Source of the DNA: a bacterium
GTDB taxonomy: Bacteria > Zhuqueibacterota > Zhuqueibacteria > Oceanimicrobiales > Oceanimicrobiaceae
Length of the DNA stretch: 64,000 bases
Assembly (NCBI GenBank): GCA_037446635.1
Contig: JBBIIG010000001.1
Span: forward strand, 181,638 to 245,637
Direction: 5' to 3'
The translations under genes were made by a program, and so were the position numbers. Of this stretch, positions 9,666 to 18,482 are shown piece after piece. The notes under the pieces are model-generated. The model did not search any database, was not told the origin of the DNA, and saw only the letters and a list, made by a program, of their open reading frames with translations. The stretch's first letter is position 1, and each line of letters starts with the position of its first letter.

Positions 9666-10044
9666 TCAGTCCCAACTTTTAATCCGCAATGGAGCCAACT
9701 TCCAGCGTTCGTTTTCCACGAAGGCTGCCAAAGCGGTCAGAACGATGGTCATTGGCAGGGCGAAAAACTCACCACGAATGATATGGAGTATGGATGCGCT
9801 CGTCATAATGAACCCGAGGCCACCGGCAGCGACCGCTGTCAACTGTGGAAAAACCCCCGTGGCCGCTGGCACAATCAGTCCAATGGCAGCGAGCAACTCG
9901 CCGATGCCAATAAAACGCACCAATCCGGCCGGCACGTCGGCTACCCAGTGGATCGTCTTCGCCAGGAAGTCAAGTTGAAACGTCATCATGAAACCCGCTA
10001 TCAAGAAGAATCGCGAGGAAAGCCTGAGCAATCCACAAGAGCAT
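9666..10044 (-). pseudogene. DoxX-like membrane protein, frameshifted near 10011
   Basis: The N-terminus MLLWIAQAFLA is in the 9970..10503 frame; the rest (FFLIAG...LVRFIGIGELLAAIGLIVP...HIIRGE) is in another frame. Confidence 0.75.
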
Positions 10045-10503
10045 ATTCGAGTAGCTGCTGATTGGCAGATTGCTATCCTCAGAAATGAGTCTTACCTTAT
10101 CACCATCCTTAATTTTGGAGCCACCTCCGGTGACAATCAGGTCGCCTTCCTCAATCCCTTGCAGTATCCTCAAACCTTTTGAGGAAAAATCACTTATTTC
10201 GACGACTTGTCGTCGGGCAATTCCGAATCCCGGCTCGGTCGGTTCAATTAGGTACACGTAGGGGCCGCGGTAATCGGCATTAACTGCATGAGATGGAACA
10301 TAAATAGCTCCATCTTGCTCCTCGCTGGCAAATACTTTTTCATAATACACGGGATGAATGAGAGGTTGAGCCACCTTTTCCTCCTTCGTGCAAGAGCACA
10401 ATGTTACTGCTGTCAGGAAAGCCATAATGGCGGGCAGGAACCAAATACTATGGGATTGTAAATTCATTGTCATTGTTGAGGTCCTCATTTTATTTTCTGT
10501 CAT
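9970..10503 (-). CDS. Miniature MFP-like lipoprotein (membrane-proximal domain only)
   Basis: Lipobox-like LCSC and IHPVYYEKV joined directly to the MFP C-terminal segment AIYVPSHAV...QGIEEGDLIVTGGGSKIKDGDKV. Confidence 0.6.
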   Translation of the reverse strand: MTENKMRTSTMTMNLQSHSIWFLPAIMAFLTAVTLCSCTKEEKVAQPLIHPVYYEKVFASEEQDGAIYVPSHAVNADYRGPYVYLIEPTEPGFGIARRQVVEISDFSSKGLRILQGIEEGDLIVTGGGSKIKDGDKVRLISEDSNLPISSYSNMLLWIAQAFLAILLDSGFHDDVST

Positions 10504-10610
10504 TAAACCTGGACGGCCAACTCTGATCTAGTCTTCCTCGTACCTTTTTTTGTATAAAACCATTGTCTCGTTGTGACTTTCTCAAAGAATGGCGCTGATA
10601 CCGGCCAGCG

Positions 10611-10802
10611 CTAATGTTTACTCACCAAGAAGCCGGACACAATAAATGCGATCACCACGAACATCAGGGCTTCATAGTGCGGGTTACTGAACCATGTGCA
10701 ACATCTGTCAAGCAGGCCCTGGAGTTTGCCATTTTGATCGAGCAAAGAGCGCATGATACCCATTACAATTGTCCAGCCAAACCAGCGTTTGATACTTCGC
10801 AT
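10611..10802 (-). CDS. Small hypothetical membrane protein
   Basis: AAAGGAG RBS before ATG 10802; hydrophobic C-terminal segment. Confidence 0.45.
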   Translation of the reverse strand: MRSIKRWFGWTIVMGIMRSLLDQNGKLQGLLDRCCTWFSNPHYEALMFVVIAFIVSGFLVSKH

Positions 10803-10873
10803 GTAAAATCTCCTTTCACTCAACTTTTGACATCAAGATTAATTCTCCACCCTTACGAAAGCCAGGATTCCAA

Positions 10874-11422
10874 TCAGATCGTCGGCGGAAACTTTGCGAG
10901 AATTTCGACAATGGCTTCATCGAGTTTTCTATTAAGCGCTTTGGCTGATGCGTTCGGATCGAGCGTTCCAATCGCGACGCCACGCCACACCAACTGTTTA
11001 GTACGGGCATCGATGATGTCGAGGATCAACGTCCCTTCTTTGAATTGATGGACATCAACGCGGTCGCCACCAAACCACCGGCCAAAGCGTCCATGACCAT
11101 ACCCCCAATCCGTGACATCGATCCTGTCTTGCGCGCCCACGTGATAAGCGACCAGGAAGTCCGGGCTGGTTGCATCCTTGGTGAATCCTTTGGCGGCCAA
11201 ATGGCGATCAGCGGATTGTTTGATGCGCTTGTCCAACAGGCTGTTACTCTGCAAGGCAGCTTCCACGCTGCCTGTGCCGTTGATTGGCGCAGACATCCAG
11301 GCGTAGGTTTTGAAGGCCGCAAAGTTGGCTTCACTGTCATAGTCATGCTTGACGCTCACGGGTGAACAACCGATGGCCAACGCCAGCAGACTTAGGGTCA
11401 GAGACAGAACTGTGGTTTTCAT
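10874..11422 (-). CDS. DUF4136-family lipoprotein
   Basis: Start 11422 with AGGGGAG RBS. Lipobox AIGC; DYDSEANFAAFKTYAW and EGTLILDIIDARTKQLVWRG motifs. Confidence 0.85.
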   Translation of the reverse strand: MKTTVLSLTLSLLALAIGCSPVSVKHDYDSEANFAAFKTYAWMSAPINGTGSVEAALQSNSLLDKRIKQSADRHLAAKGFTKDATSPDFLVAYHVGAQDRIDVTDWGYGHGRFGRWFGGDRVDVHQFKEGTLILDIIDARTKQLVWRGVAIGTLDPNASAKALNRKLDEAIVEILAKFPPTI

Positions 11423-11438
11423 ATAAGACTCCCCTGTT

Positions 11439-11999
11439 TCAATGAATCGCCTGGCTTGCCGGAGGTGTGCGGTATTTAACCAGGCGGACTTGCGTTCCCT
11501 TTCTGCGTTCAGAGGCAAAGTAAACCTGATCCATCACTAAGATCATCAGTAGGACGCCGCAATCTCCTTGCTGCAGTCTTGAAAGAAGCCTCCTGGCGTT
11601 TCGCTTTTTGTACTGCTTGTGATAAAAGCCTTGACCTTGATCACTCACTGCCACCGTCAGCTTTTGATTGTCAATTGTTATCCGAAGGTGAAGACGCTTG
11701 CTCTCGTCTTTAGTCTGTAGGTGTTTAATCGCCTTCACGCAGGCCTGCTCAACCGCAACCTCAATATCTATCACCGCCGTTTCGTCAAAACCCGCTTTTT
11801 GAGAAATCGTGGCGACGAAGCTGCGAATTGGTTCCAGATTTTCGGTATGGCTCGGGATTGTCAGCTCATAAACGTCCCCCATATTGGCTAAGCCAGTCAC
11901 TGTCTTTGAGAGATCATTGGGCGCGCTCGCAAGAACATCTGTGGAAACGTCACTTGCATTCGCCACAAAGCCCCTGAGTGTAGTTTGATTTTGAAACAT
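11439..11999 (-). CDS. RsbW-like anti-sigma regulatory (HATPase_c_2) protein with degenerate ATP site
   Basis: ELTIPSHTENLEPIRSFV, VSDQGQGF and LVMDQVYF. N box reads EQACVKAIKH and G2 reads GCGVLLM. Start is uncertain. Confidence 0.7.
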   Translation of the reverse strand: MFQNQTTLRGFVANASDVSTDVLASAPNDLSKTVTGLANMGDVYELTIPSHTENLEPIRSFVATISQKAGFDETAVIDIEVAVEQACVKAIKHLQTKDESKRLHLRITIDNQKLTVAVSDQGQGFYHKQYKKRNARRLLSRLQQGDCGVLLMILVMDQVYFASERRKGTQVRLVKYRTPPASQAIH

Positions 12000-12141
12000 C
12001 GCTTTTTCCTTTCCAAGTACATAACTTGAGCGTAAACGGCCTGATAAGCAAAGCGGAAGATGAAGTTTGATTGCAGAACAGACGTCGGAATTACCGATCA
12101 TAGCAAATGTACCTCTGCTTGCCAGTCCGCCATATTGGGCG

Positions 12142-12606
12142 TCAAGTCCTTTCTTCTATCAGCCATTCCATTACTCCTTCTCTCCCTTGCACGCGCTGTA
12201 TGCGTTGCTCTGAATGTGCTTTCTGCCGTCCATCCAAGCTCAACGCGCCAGCGCCGAAGTAAGAGATGAGAAGCGCAGCACCCAACATAGAGAGATTCTT
12301 CATAAACATCACCTGATGCATCTGGGCCAACATGCTATCCTGTACAGCCCAGAAGTTGTGCATCATCACCGTGACCGGCAACAGGAACAATACCAGTAGC
12401 GACGCGCCCAATTTGGCTTTATAACCGAGGGCGATGCTGAGACCTCCCAAGAGTGCGATCACTCCGGAGAGCGGAACTGCCATCGAAGCCAATGGGATTC
12501 CCTGTGCTGCTGCATGTTCAATTGTCTGCTTCGAAAAAAGGCTGATGCCGGCCATCATGAAGATGAGCGAGAAGAAAATTCTTCCAATCAGTACTGTGTA
12601 CTTCAT
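12142..12606 (-). CDS. DoxX family membrane protein
   Basis: LIGRIFFSLIF...MHNFW...FMKNLSMLGAALL...GAGALSLD. Confidence 0.9.
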   Translation of the reverse strand: MKYTVLIGRIFFSLIFMMAGISLFSKQTIEHAAAQGIPLASMAVPLSGVIALLGGLSIALGYKAKLGASLLVLFLLPVTVMMHNFWAVQDSMLAQMHQVMFMKNLSMLGAALLISYFGAGALSLDGRQKAHSEQRIQRVQGREGVMEWLIEERT

Positions 12607-12622
12607 TGTTGTAATCTCCTTG

Positions 12623-12991
12623 TTAGCTTCTTGAAGGAGACAATCGGTCTCCTTCTTTTTTAGTGATCAGTTTCCGAATAATGCTTTCGACCTCAACGCG
12701 CGGAAACGTGCCCGCCAACGACTCAACCAGTTTTCCATCCCGGAAAAAAAGAATCGTCGGGCTAGTAAAAATTCGAAAGCGTTCGGCGGTTTTTGGGTTT
12801 TCACGCGTATTGATGCGGCAGAACTTCACCCGTTGGTTATACTGTTCGTCCAGTTTCACCAAACCCGGTTCGATGAGATAGCGGTTACTGAAATTCTCAT
12901 CGTAAAATATGACCAATACAATTCTGCCCGGAGCCACAAGCTCAGCATCAAAATTTCGGTCTGTCAATGCCTTCGAAGCCATTCGAATCAC
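12623..12991 (-). CDS. Thioredoxin-fold protein lacking CXXC
   Basis: LTDRNFDAEL...INTRENPKTAERFRIFTSPTILFFRDGK. The WCGPC position reads NFSNR. Confidence 0.75.
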   Translation of the reverse strand: MIRMASKALTDRNFDAELVAPGRIVLVIFYDENFSNRYLIEPGLVKLDEQYNQRVKFCRINTRENPKTAERFRIFTSPTILFFRDGKLVESLAGTFPRVEVESIIRKLITKKEGDRLSPSRS

Positions 12992-13042
12992 CCCACGTTG
13001 GTTACCATCTGCTGACTTTTGTTAATCACTCGCCATATCAGA

Positions 13043-13060
13043 TATCAATTGATGTGCCAA
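13043..13060 (-). promoter_or_regulatory. Putative sigma-54 -24/-12 promoter (variant -12)
   Basis: Minus strand TTGGCACATCAATTGATA, i.e. GG-N10-GA, directly downstream of a sigma-54 activator gene. Confidence 0.65.
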
Positions 13061-13167
13061 CGGTATTTTTGGGAGATTGTAGCCGATGTAAGTAGCTTTT
13101 CCTACATGATGTTGCGGGATAAATCAAAAAAGGGAAGCAAGGAGGGAAGACAGCAAGTTTTTATGAA

Positions 13168-13188
13168 ATATCAAAAATTTTATGACAC
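13168..13188. promoter_or_regulatory. Putative enhancer (UAS)
   Basis: ATATCA-N9-TGACAC, near-identical to 9170-9190 and also 110 bp from the -24 GG. Confidence 0.55.
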
Positions 13189-13192
13189 CTCA

Positions 13193-14614
13193 TCATTCGT
13201 TTGATGCAACACGTTGAATCCCCAATTTCTTCATGCGGGAAACCAAAGTTTGGGGATTGATTCCGAGGATTTGAGCAGCGCCATTCGGACCACTGACACG
13301 CCAGCGTGTGGAATCCAGCACCTGCAAGATGTGAGCACGTTCCACTTCCGTCAAGGTGCGATGTCGCTTCTCATCTTCTCTCTGCGATTCGCCCCGAAAC
13401 CAATTGCCGATTTCGAGCCGATTGCCATGAGACAGTATCACGCCGCGTTCGATGATATTTTCCAACTCACGAATATTGCCGGGCCAATTGTAATTCTCCA
13501 AAGTAGACAAAACACTGCGGGGGATGACTTTGATTTCCCGTCCAATTTTCTTGGCGTATTTCCGGACAAAGTAATCCACCAGCAGCGGGATGTCTTCCCG
13601 TCTTTCGCAGAGCGGCGGGACATGGATGGGAAAAACGTTCAGGCGATAGAACAGATCTTCGCGGAAGGTCTTTTCGGCAACAGCCTTTTCCAGGTCGCGG
13701 TTGGTTGCCGCAATGATACGCACATCGGTGCTTAACGTTTGGGTGCCACCGAGACGTTCAAACTCACTGCTTTGGATTACCCGCAGTAATTTGACCTGCA
13801 TCTCAACCGGCAGTTCGCCGATTTCATCAAGAAAGATCGTGCCGCCGTTTGCCAGCTCGAAGCGCCCAACCTTGGATTTCAGCGCGCCAGTAAAAGCACC
13901 CTTTTCATGGCCGAAAAGCTCGCTTTCGATCAGGCTGGCTGGAAGCGCCGCACAGTTGACCTTAACCAAAGGGCGGTTATGACGCAAGCTAATGTTATGG
14001 ATGGCGCGCGCGATGAGCTCTTTGCCGGTGCCAGTTTCGCCCTGGATGAGAACGGTCGCGTCCGTCTCCGCGACGTGCTCGACCGCGTGCAGCACCTCTT
14101 GAATCCGACGGCTCTTACCGATAATCGCTTCAAAATTGTGCGTGAGCTTGATCTCCTGCTGCAAATAAACATTTTCCTCCTGCAGACGATTTTTTAACTG
14201 CTCTATTTCATTGAATGCTTTTTTTAGAGCTGCTTCAGCCTGGCGCCGTTCGGTGATGTCGCGCGCAAACCAGCAAACATATTCCTGGTTTTCGAATTCG
14301 ACCAGACTACCCGCGACTTCAACAGGAAGCTCCCGACCGTCCCTGGTCTCAATGGTTCGCTCGAATCGCACAGTACCATGCTGTCTCATATTCTCCCGAA
14401 GTTCCTCGACATAGGCGGGATCGAGTCCAAAGCCAAGTTCTGGCGGCTTTTTACCTACCATCTCCTCCGGCGCATAACCAACCATTCGGCAGGTTGCATC
14501 GTTGACGCGACGTATCGTATCTTCGGAGTCGATCCAGAGAATAGCGTCAGGATCTTTTTCGATGGTAAAGTGGGAAAGAAGTATGGTCCTTTCGAATTCT
14601 TTTGAGGCTTCCAT
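13193..14614 (-). CDS. PAS-domain sigma-54-dependent activator (FhlA/NtrC-type bEBP)
   Basis: N-terminal [53 protein letters not shown]-terminal Fis-HTH. Confidence 0.95.
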   Translation of the reverse strand: MEASKEFERTILLSHFTIEKDPDAILWIDSEDTIRRVNDATCRMVGYAPEEMVGKKPPELGFGLDPAYVEELRENMRQHGTVRFERTIETRDGRELPVEVAGSLVEFENQEYVCWFARDITERRQAEAALKKAFNEIEQLKNRLQEENVYLQQEIKLTHNFEAIIGKSRRIQEVLHAVEHVAETDATVLIQGETGTGKELIARAIHNISLRHNRPLVKVNCAALPASLIESELFGHEKGAFTGALKSKVGRFELANGGTIFLDEIGELPVEMQVKLLRVIQSSEFERLGGTQTLSTDVRIIAATNRDLEKAVAEKTFREDLFYRLNVFPIHVPPLCERREDIPLLVDYFVRKYAKKIGREIKVIPRSVLSTLENYNWPGNIRELENIIERGVILSHGNRLEIGNWFRGESQREDEKRHRTLTEVERAHILQVLDSTRWRVSGPNGAAQILGINPQTLVSRMKKLGIQRVASNE

Positions 14615-15257
14615 AATTGGTTCCTACCTTCAAATTTTTTGGCAATTCTTACGGATTTCTGCGGTGCAACCTATGCCGTGGATGGTATGAGATCGTTTCT
14701 CCCGTCGCAACGAGAGATGTTCTCGCTATGATCAAATATACGAAAGCCGGTTCTCAAATCAAGCACATTTATTTAAATGGCAGGATAAGAACGACGGCCC
14801 AGGGCGAGTAACGTCATCCCACAATATTTTTGAGAAATCGAATCCGTTCTCTTGCCTTTTCCCAAAGCCCAGAACGCCTAAAATGCAGTCACTGGAAATG
14901 AGCAAAAGGATCCAAGCAACTTTGACTTCTGTCTTCTGACAACCCGTCTTGACATGAGCGCTGATTCTATTAGGTCAACAAAGTTTCCCAAGACGACTTT
15001 GCGTAGTAAAGCCCGCTACAGACTATTGGGAAATCGATCCAGGAAAGCCACACCGTGTTACTCGCCGAATCGTCGAGCAGATAAACCGGCTAAATACTTC
15101 GGCATCACCCTCCCAAGGCAGACAGAGGAACTCCCGCAGACTGGAGGGTCCGAGGGCAACAGATTGTTGACTTCTGACTGGAGGCACGACCGGTTACGCT
15201 CGGCGCCAGTTGCTACTGGTGGGGCTGAGTCTCCTAAAAATAGAAAGCCATAAATGT

Positions 15258-15458
15258 TCAGACACTATTGATGTTAGCCACTAACACCTTTTCATCTATC
15301 CCAACCACCTCGGCCAACTTACGCACATGTTTCCTCCTCGGCACCACCCTATCCAGTTCCCAATGGACGACGGACATTTCGTTGACGCCAAGAAGGTTCG
15401 CCAGTTGCACCTGGGAAAGGCCTTGTTCCTGACGGAATCTTTTGATATATTGCCCCAA
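15258..15458 (-). CDS. XRE-family HTH domain at the island edge; probably 5'-truncated
   Basis: LGQYIKRFRQEQGLSQVQLANLLGVNEMSVVHWE. TTG start has no SD, and the frame stays open to 15566. Confidence 0.7.
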   Translation of the reverse strand: MGQYIKRFRQEQGLSQVQLANLLGVNEMSVVHWELDRVVPRRKHVRKLAEVVGIDEKVLVANINSV

Positions 15459-15544
15459 TGTCTTTGCTTCGATAGGCTGAATGGGTTCGACCTTAGGAAT
15501 GCGGAAGCTGATTTTGAAGCACTTTTGGTATTTGTTAATGGGAG

Positions 15545-15562
15545 ATGAACGGGTGCCCGTGC
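15545..15562. other. Putative attachment (attL/attR) junction
   Basis: ATGAACGGG-TG-CCCGTGC: ACGGG and CCCGT are inverted arms around a central TG. The comM MNP motif is changed to MNG. Confidence 0.6.
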
Positions 15563-16042
15563 GGGTTTAATGGCGATCCTCACAATGAATGCTCGTGCAC
15601 GCCGCCGCAGATCCAAAAATACCTGGCCAAAGTTTCCGGGCCGCTTTTGGATCGCATCGATATTCACATCGAGGTACCGGCGGTGCGGTATAAAGAACTG
15701 GCCAGCGACATTTCTGGGGAAAACTCTGCTACGATCCGTGAACGCGTCAAGCGGGCTCGAGAGCTCCAACTCAAACGCTTTCAGTCAAGGAAGAATCTCT
15801 TCTGCAACGCGCGGATGGAATCGAAAGAAATTCGTCATTACTGCAAAATTGATGAACAGGGCCACGAATTGTTGAAAATGGCGATCACGAAATTAGGGTT
15901 GTCGGCGCGCGCCTATGATCGCATTCTCAAAGTCTCGCGCACCATTGCCGATCTCGAAGGCTCCGAAGAAATACGCCCGGAGTGTGTCAGCGAGGCGATT
16001 CAGTATCGCAGTTTGGATCGAGAATTGAGGACGGGATTTTGA
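15545..16042 (+). pseudogene. comM: 3' part of ComM/YifB Mg-chelatase-like AAA+ ATPase; 5' part absent
   Basis: CPCG...CSCTPPQIQKYLAKVSGPLLDRIDIHIEVP...LGLSARAYDRILKVSRTIADL...EAIQYRSLDR. Upstream sequence is unrelated. Confidence 0.92.
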
Positions 16043-16208
16043 AGCGCCAAACGTTTCCGCAAAAAGTTGGCTGGCACCGGGTAACCATTCCGGAGTAAAC
16101 CCAACCGAAATCTGCTAAGCTTAAGGGAATGAATCTCGACCCTGCTACCTATATTGCGCTTCAACGAGTTATTAAGTGGATTTAGTTGAATTTTTGCCAA
16201 CTGAAATA

Positions 16209-16238
16209 AAACAAGCCCTTTCAATGAAGGGCTTGTTT
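16209..16238. terminator. Intrinsic terminator-like hairpin after comM
   Basis: AAACAAGCCCTT-tcaatg-AAGGGCTTGTTT. Confidence 0.65.
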
Positions 16239-16521
16239 CGGGTGAATATCGCGATTGATGTGTCCGATCATTCCGCCGGGCTAATATAGCACGGGGCTTC
16301 CTCGCCTAACCAATATGGCTTCAGATCAGAAGGGATGATGCCTAACCTTCGTCATCACCATTATCGTCATCGCCATCATCGTCCTCGTCTTCTCCCGCAT
16401 CATCGCAGACCTGAAGGTTGCGCGTTCTGAATTCGTCGGCGCTTACCATCAGGAACCTTTGTTTCAGCCGTAAGTATTAGATCACAGCATATTACTCATT
16501 TAAAAAATGAAGGGGTGTCAA

Positions 16522-16707
16522 ATGATTGTTGTAAATGTGAAAAAGGGAGAATCGTTAGACCACGCTCTCAAACGCTTCAAGCAGCAGTGTCAACGAGCGG
16601 GCATTCAAAAAGATCTGAAAAAGGTGAGTTTCTATCTCAAGCCAAGCGAACGCAGAAAAATCGCGCGGCGTTTGGCGAGTCGTCGGCATCGCAAGAACGA
16701 GGATTAA
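16522..16707 (+). CDS. rpsU: 30S ribosomal protein S21
   Basis: MIVVNVKKGESLDHALKRFKQQCQRAGI...FYLKPSERRK; GAAGGGG RBS. Confidence 0.9.
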   Translation: MIVVNVKKGESLDHALKRFKQQCQRAGIQKDLKKVSFYLKPSERRKIARRLASRRHRKNED

Positions 16708-16731
16708 CTGATTTACCGCGTTGATAAAAAT

Positions 16732-16920
16732 AAATCCCTGCATCTCAGTGTGGTGTGATCGAAAAGAACTCCGACCAACACGGTGGGCACCGCCTGAACG
16801 TTTTTTGCGTCCACTACCCTAAAGGGTGAGGCATGCAATACGCGCCCAGAGCTGAGTTCCCATATTAAAGGTGTTAGCTCTTTTTAATTAAAGGCCACAC
16901 CAAGTATGCAGGGATTTTCT
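16732..16920 (-). ncRNA. ssrS: 6S RNA (SsrS)
   Basis: About 190-nt rod. Terminal arms AAATCCCTGCAT/ATGCAGGGATTT, inner pairs TGGTGTG/CACACCA and CTAACAC/GTGTTGG, a CGGTGCCCACC 3' segment, and a sigma-70 promoter immediately upstream. Confidence 0.75.
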
Positions 16921-16927
16921 GAGGTGC

Positions 16928-16956
16928 ATGTTAATAAAATTCCCCAAAAAAGTCAA
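16928..16956 (-). promoter_or_regulatory. Sigma-70 promoter of the 6S-like RNA
   Basis: TTGACT-N17-TAACAT; +1 predicted near 16920. Confidence 0.6.
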
Positions 16957-17081
16957 GGGGAAAATCCCGCGATTTTTTCTCTCGAAAATATCTTAGTCGT
17001 CGGTTTTCACACTTCCGAAAAATAGTTGATTTTGATCCCACAAATCTTTAAGTTAGCTCGCATCTTGTTTGAAACAGGGCC

Positions 17082-18254
17082 ATGGGAAAAACCAAAATTC
17101 AACTCTTCACAAATATCTTTTCGTTCCTGATTATTTTGTACTCACCGCTAAATGCTCACGAAGCACGGCCGCGGGCCAGAGACATTGGCATCGAGGTCGG
17201 CATCTTTCGAACCGGAACCTGGAACGCCATCACTGATGTTGCTGGCGTAACAGTCGGGCACACTACGATCATAAAGCCCGATATCTGCACCGGCATAACC
17301 GCCATCTTACCTCACGGGGGAAATCTTTTTCAAATGAAAACGCCGGCCGCCATTTACGTCGGCAATGGCTTCGGCAAATTGAGCGGGGTTACACAAGTAG
17401 AGGAATTGGGCAACGTTGAAACGCCCATCCTCCTGACCAACACGCTTGGCGTGCCGCGCGTCGCCGACGCGGTGATCGAGTATATGCTGGCGCAAAAAGG
17501 CAACGACGACGTTCGCTCCATCAATCCGGTGGTTGGCGAAACCAACGACGGCTGGCTGAATGACATCCGCAAACAAGTGCTTGGAAAAGATGAGGTATTT
17601 AACGCCATCGATTCGGCGCGAACCGGCCCGGTGGAAGAAGGCTGCGTGGGCGCCGGCGCCGGTGTGATTTGCCTTGGGTTCAAAGGCGGGATTGGCACCT
17701 CATCGCGGCGGCTTCCAAAAAATTTGGGCGGATACACTGTCGGCGTTTTGGTGCAAACCAACTTCGGCGGCAGCCTCGAAATCAACGGCGCCCCGGTGGG
17801 AAGAGAACTCGGCCGCTACAGTTTCAAAAACGACCTCAAATATGAGGAGGGCGACGGCTCCTGCATGATCGTGGTCGCAACCGACGCCCCCCTATCATCG
17901 CGAAATCTGAAACGATTGGCGAAGCGCGCCTACTTAGCTCTGGCCAAAACCGGCGCGTTCTCTGCAAATGGCAGCGGCGATTACGTGATAGCTTTTTCAA
18001 ATTATCCAGCCAATCTAATTGATCACAGCCAGCAAAACAGCGTGAAAAAAATTGATGACCTCCAAAACGAAGCCCTCTCTCCCCTGTTTCTCGCGGTTGT
18101 CGAAGCCACTCAGGAGGCAATTTATAATTCACTTCTTAAAGCGACGACCACCACTGGCCGCGATGGACGCACCGTTGAAGCCATTCCTATCGATCAGGTT
18201 ATCGCCATTTGCAAAAAGTATAATGTCTTGAAAACCCTTTCGAGGTCCGAATAG
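17082..18254 (+). CDS. dmpA: P1/S58-family aminopeptidase (DmpA-like), signal peptide
   Basis: RARDIG, NAITDVAGV.VGH, GETND, EGCVGAG, KGGIGTSSR, and the G-S autocleavage site DGSC. Confidence 0.88.
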   Translation: MGKTKIQLFTNIFSFLIILYSPLNAHEARPRARDIGIEVGIFRTGTWNAITDVAGVTVGHTTIIKPDICTGITAILPHGGNLFQMKTPAAIYVGNGFGKLSGVTQVEELGNVETPILLTNTLGVPRVADAVIEYMLAQKGNDDVRSINPVVGETNDGWLNDIRKQVLGKDEVFNAIDSARTGPVEEGCVGAGAGVICLGFKGGIGTSSRRLPKNLGGYTVGVLVQTNFGGSLEINGAPVGRELGRYSFKNDLKYEEGDGSCMIVVATDAPLSSRNLKRLAKRAYLALAKTGAFSANGSGDYVIAFSNYPANLIDHSQQNSVKKIDDLQNEALSPLFLAVVEATQEAIYNSLLKATTTTGRDGRTVEAIPIDQVIAICKKYNVLKTLSRSE

Positions 18255-18258
18255 TCGC

Positions 18259-18471
18259 ATGGATTCGTTTGGAAAAATTTTTATTCTGGTCGGCGCCCTC
18301 TTTCTTTTGATTGGCGGGGCATTGCTGCTCTTTAAACATATCCCATTTTTCGGAAAACTTCCCGGCGATATTCTGATTCAAAAGAAAAATTTTACTTTCT
18401 ATTTTCCACTGACAACATCGATACTGCTCAGCTTACTTTTGACGTTGATCTTGTATTTGTTCAAACGCTAA
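18259..18471 (+). CDS. DUF2905 small membrane protein
   Basis: GKLPGDILIQKKNFTFYFPLTTSILLS. Confidence 0.9.
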   Translation: MDSFGKIFILVGALFLLIGGALLLFKHIPFFGKLPGDILIQKKNFTFYFPLTTSILLSLLLTLILYLFKR

Positions 18472-18482
18472 CTCTGCCCTTT

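Larger units (their letters stand above)
1..15555. mobile_element. Right part of a genomic island inserted in comM; integrase and left end are outside the window
   Basis: comM is truncated at 15545-15555, an XRE gene abuts the junction, base composition is visibly mosaic, and several pseudogene fragments are present. Confidence 0.65.

Noticed and set aside
14954..15253. 99-aa plus-strand ORF between the activator and XRE genes
   Set aside because: No RBS or recognisable motif; cannot be supported.
15327..15548. Plus-strand ORF as a possible recombinase C-terminus
   Set aside because: It is antisense to the XRE frame and has no recombinase motif.
16315..16473. Selenocysteine read-through of the in-frame TGA at 16336
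   Set aside because: No SECIS-like hairpin or selenoprotein homology visible.
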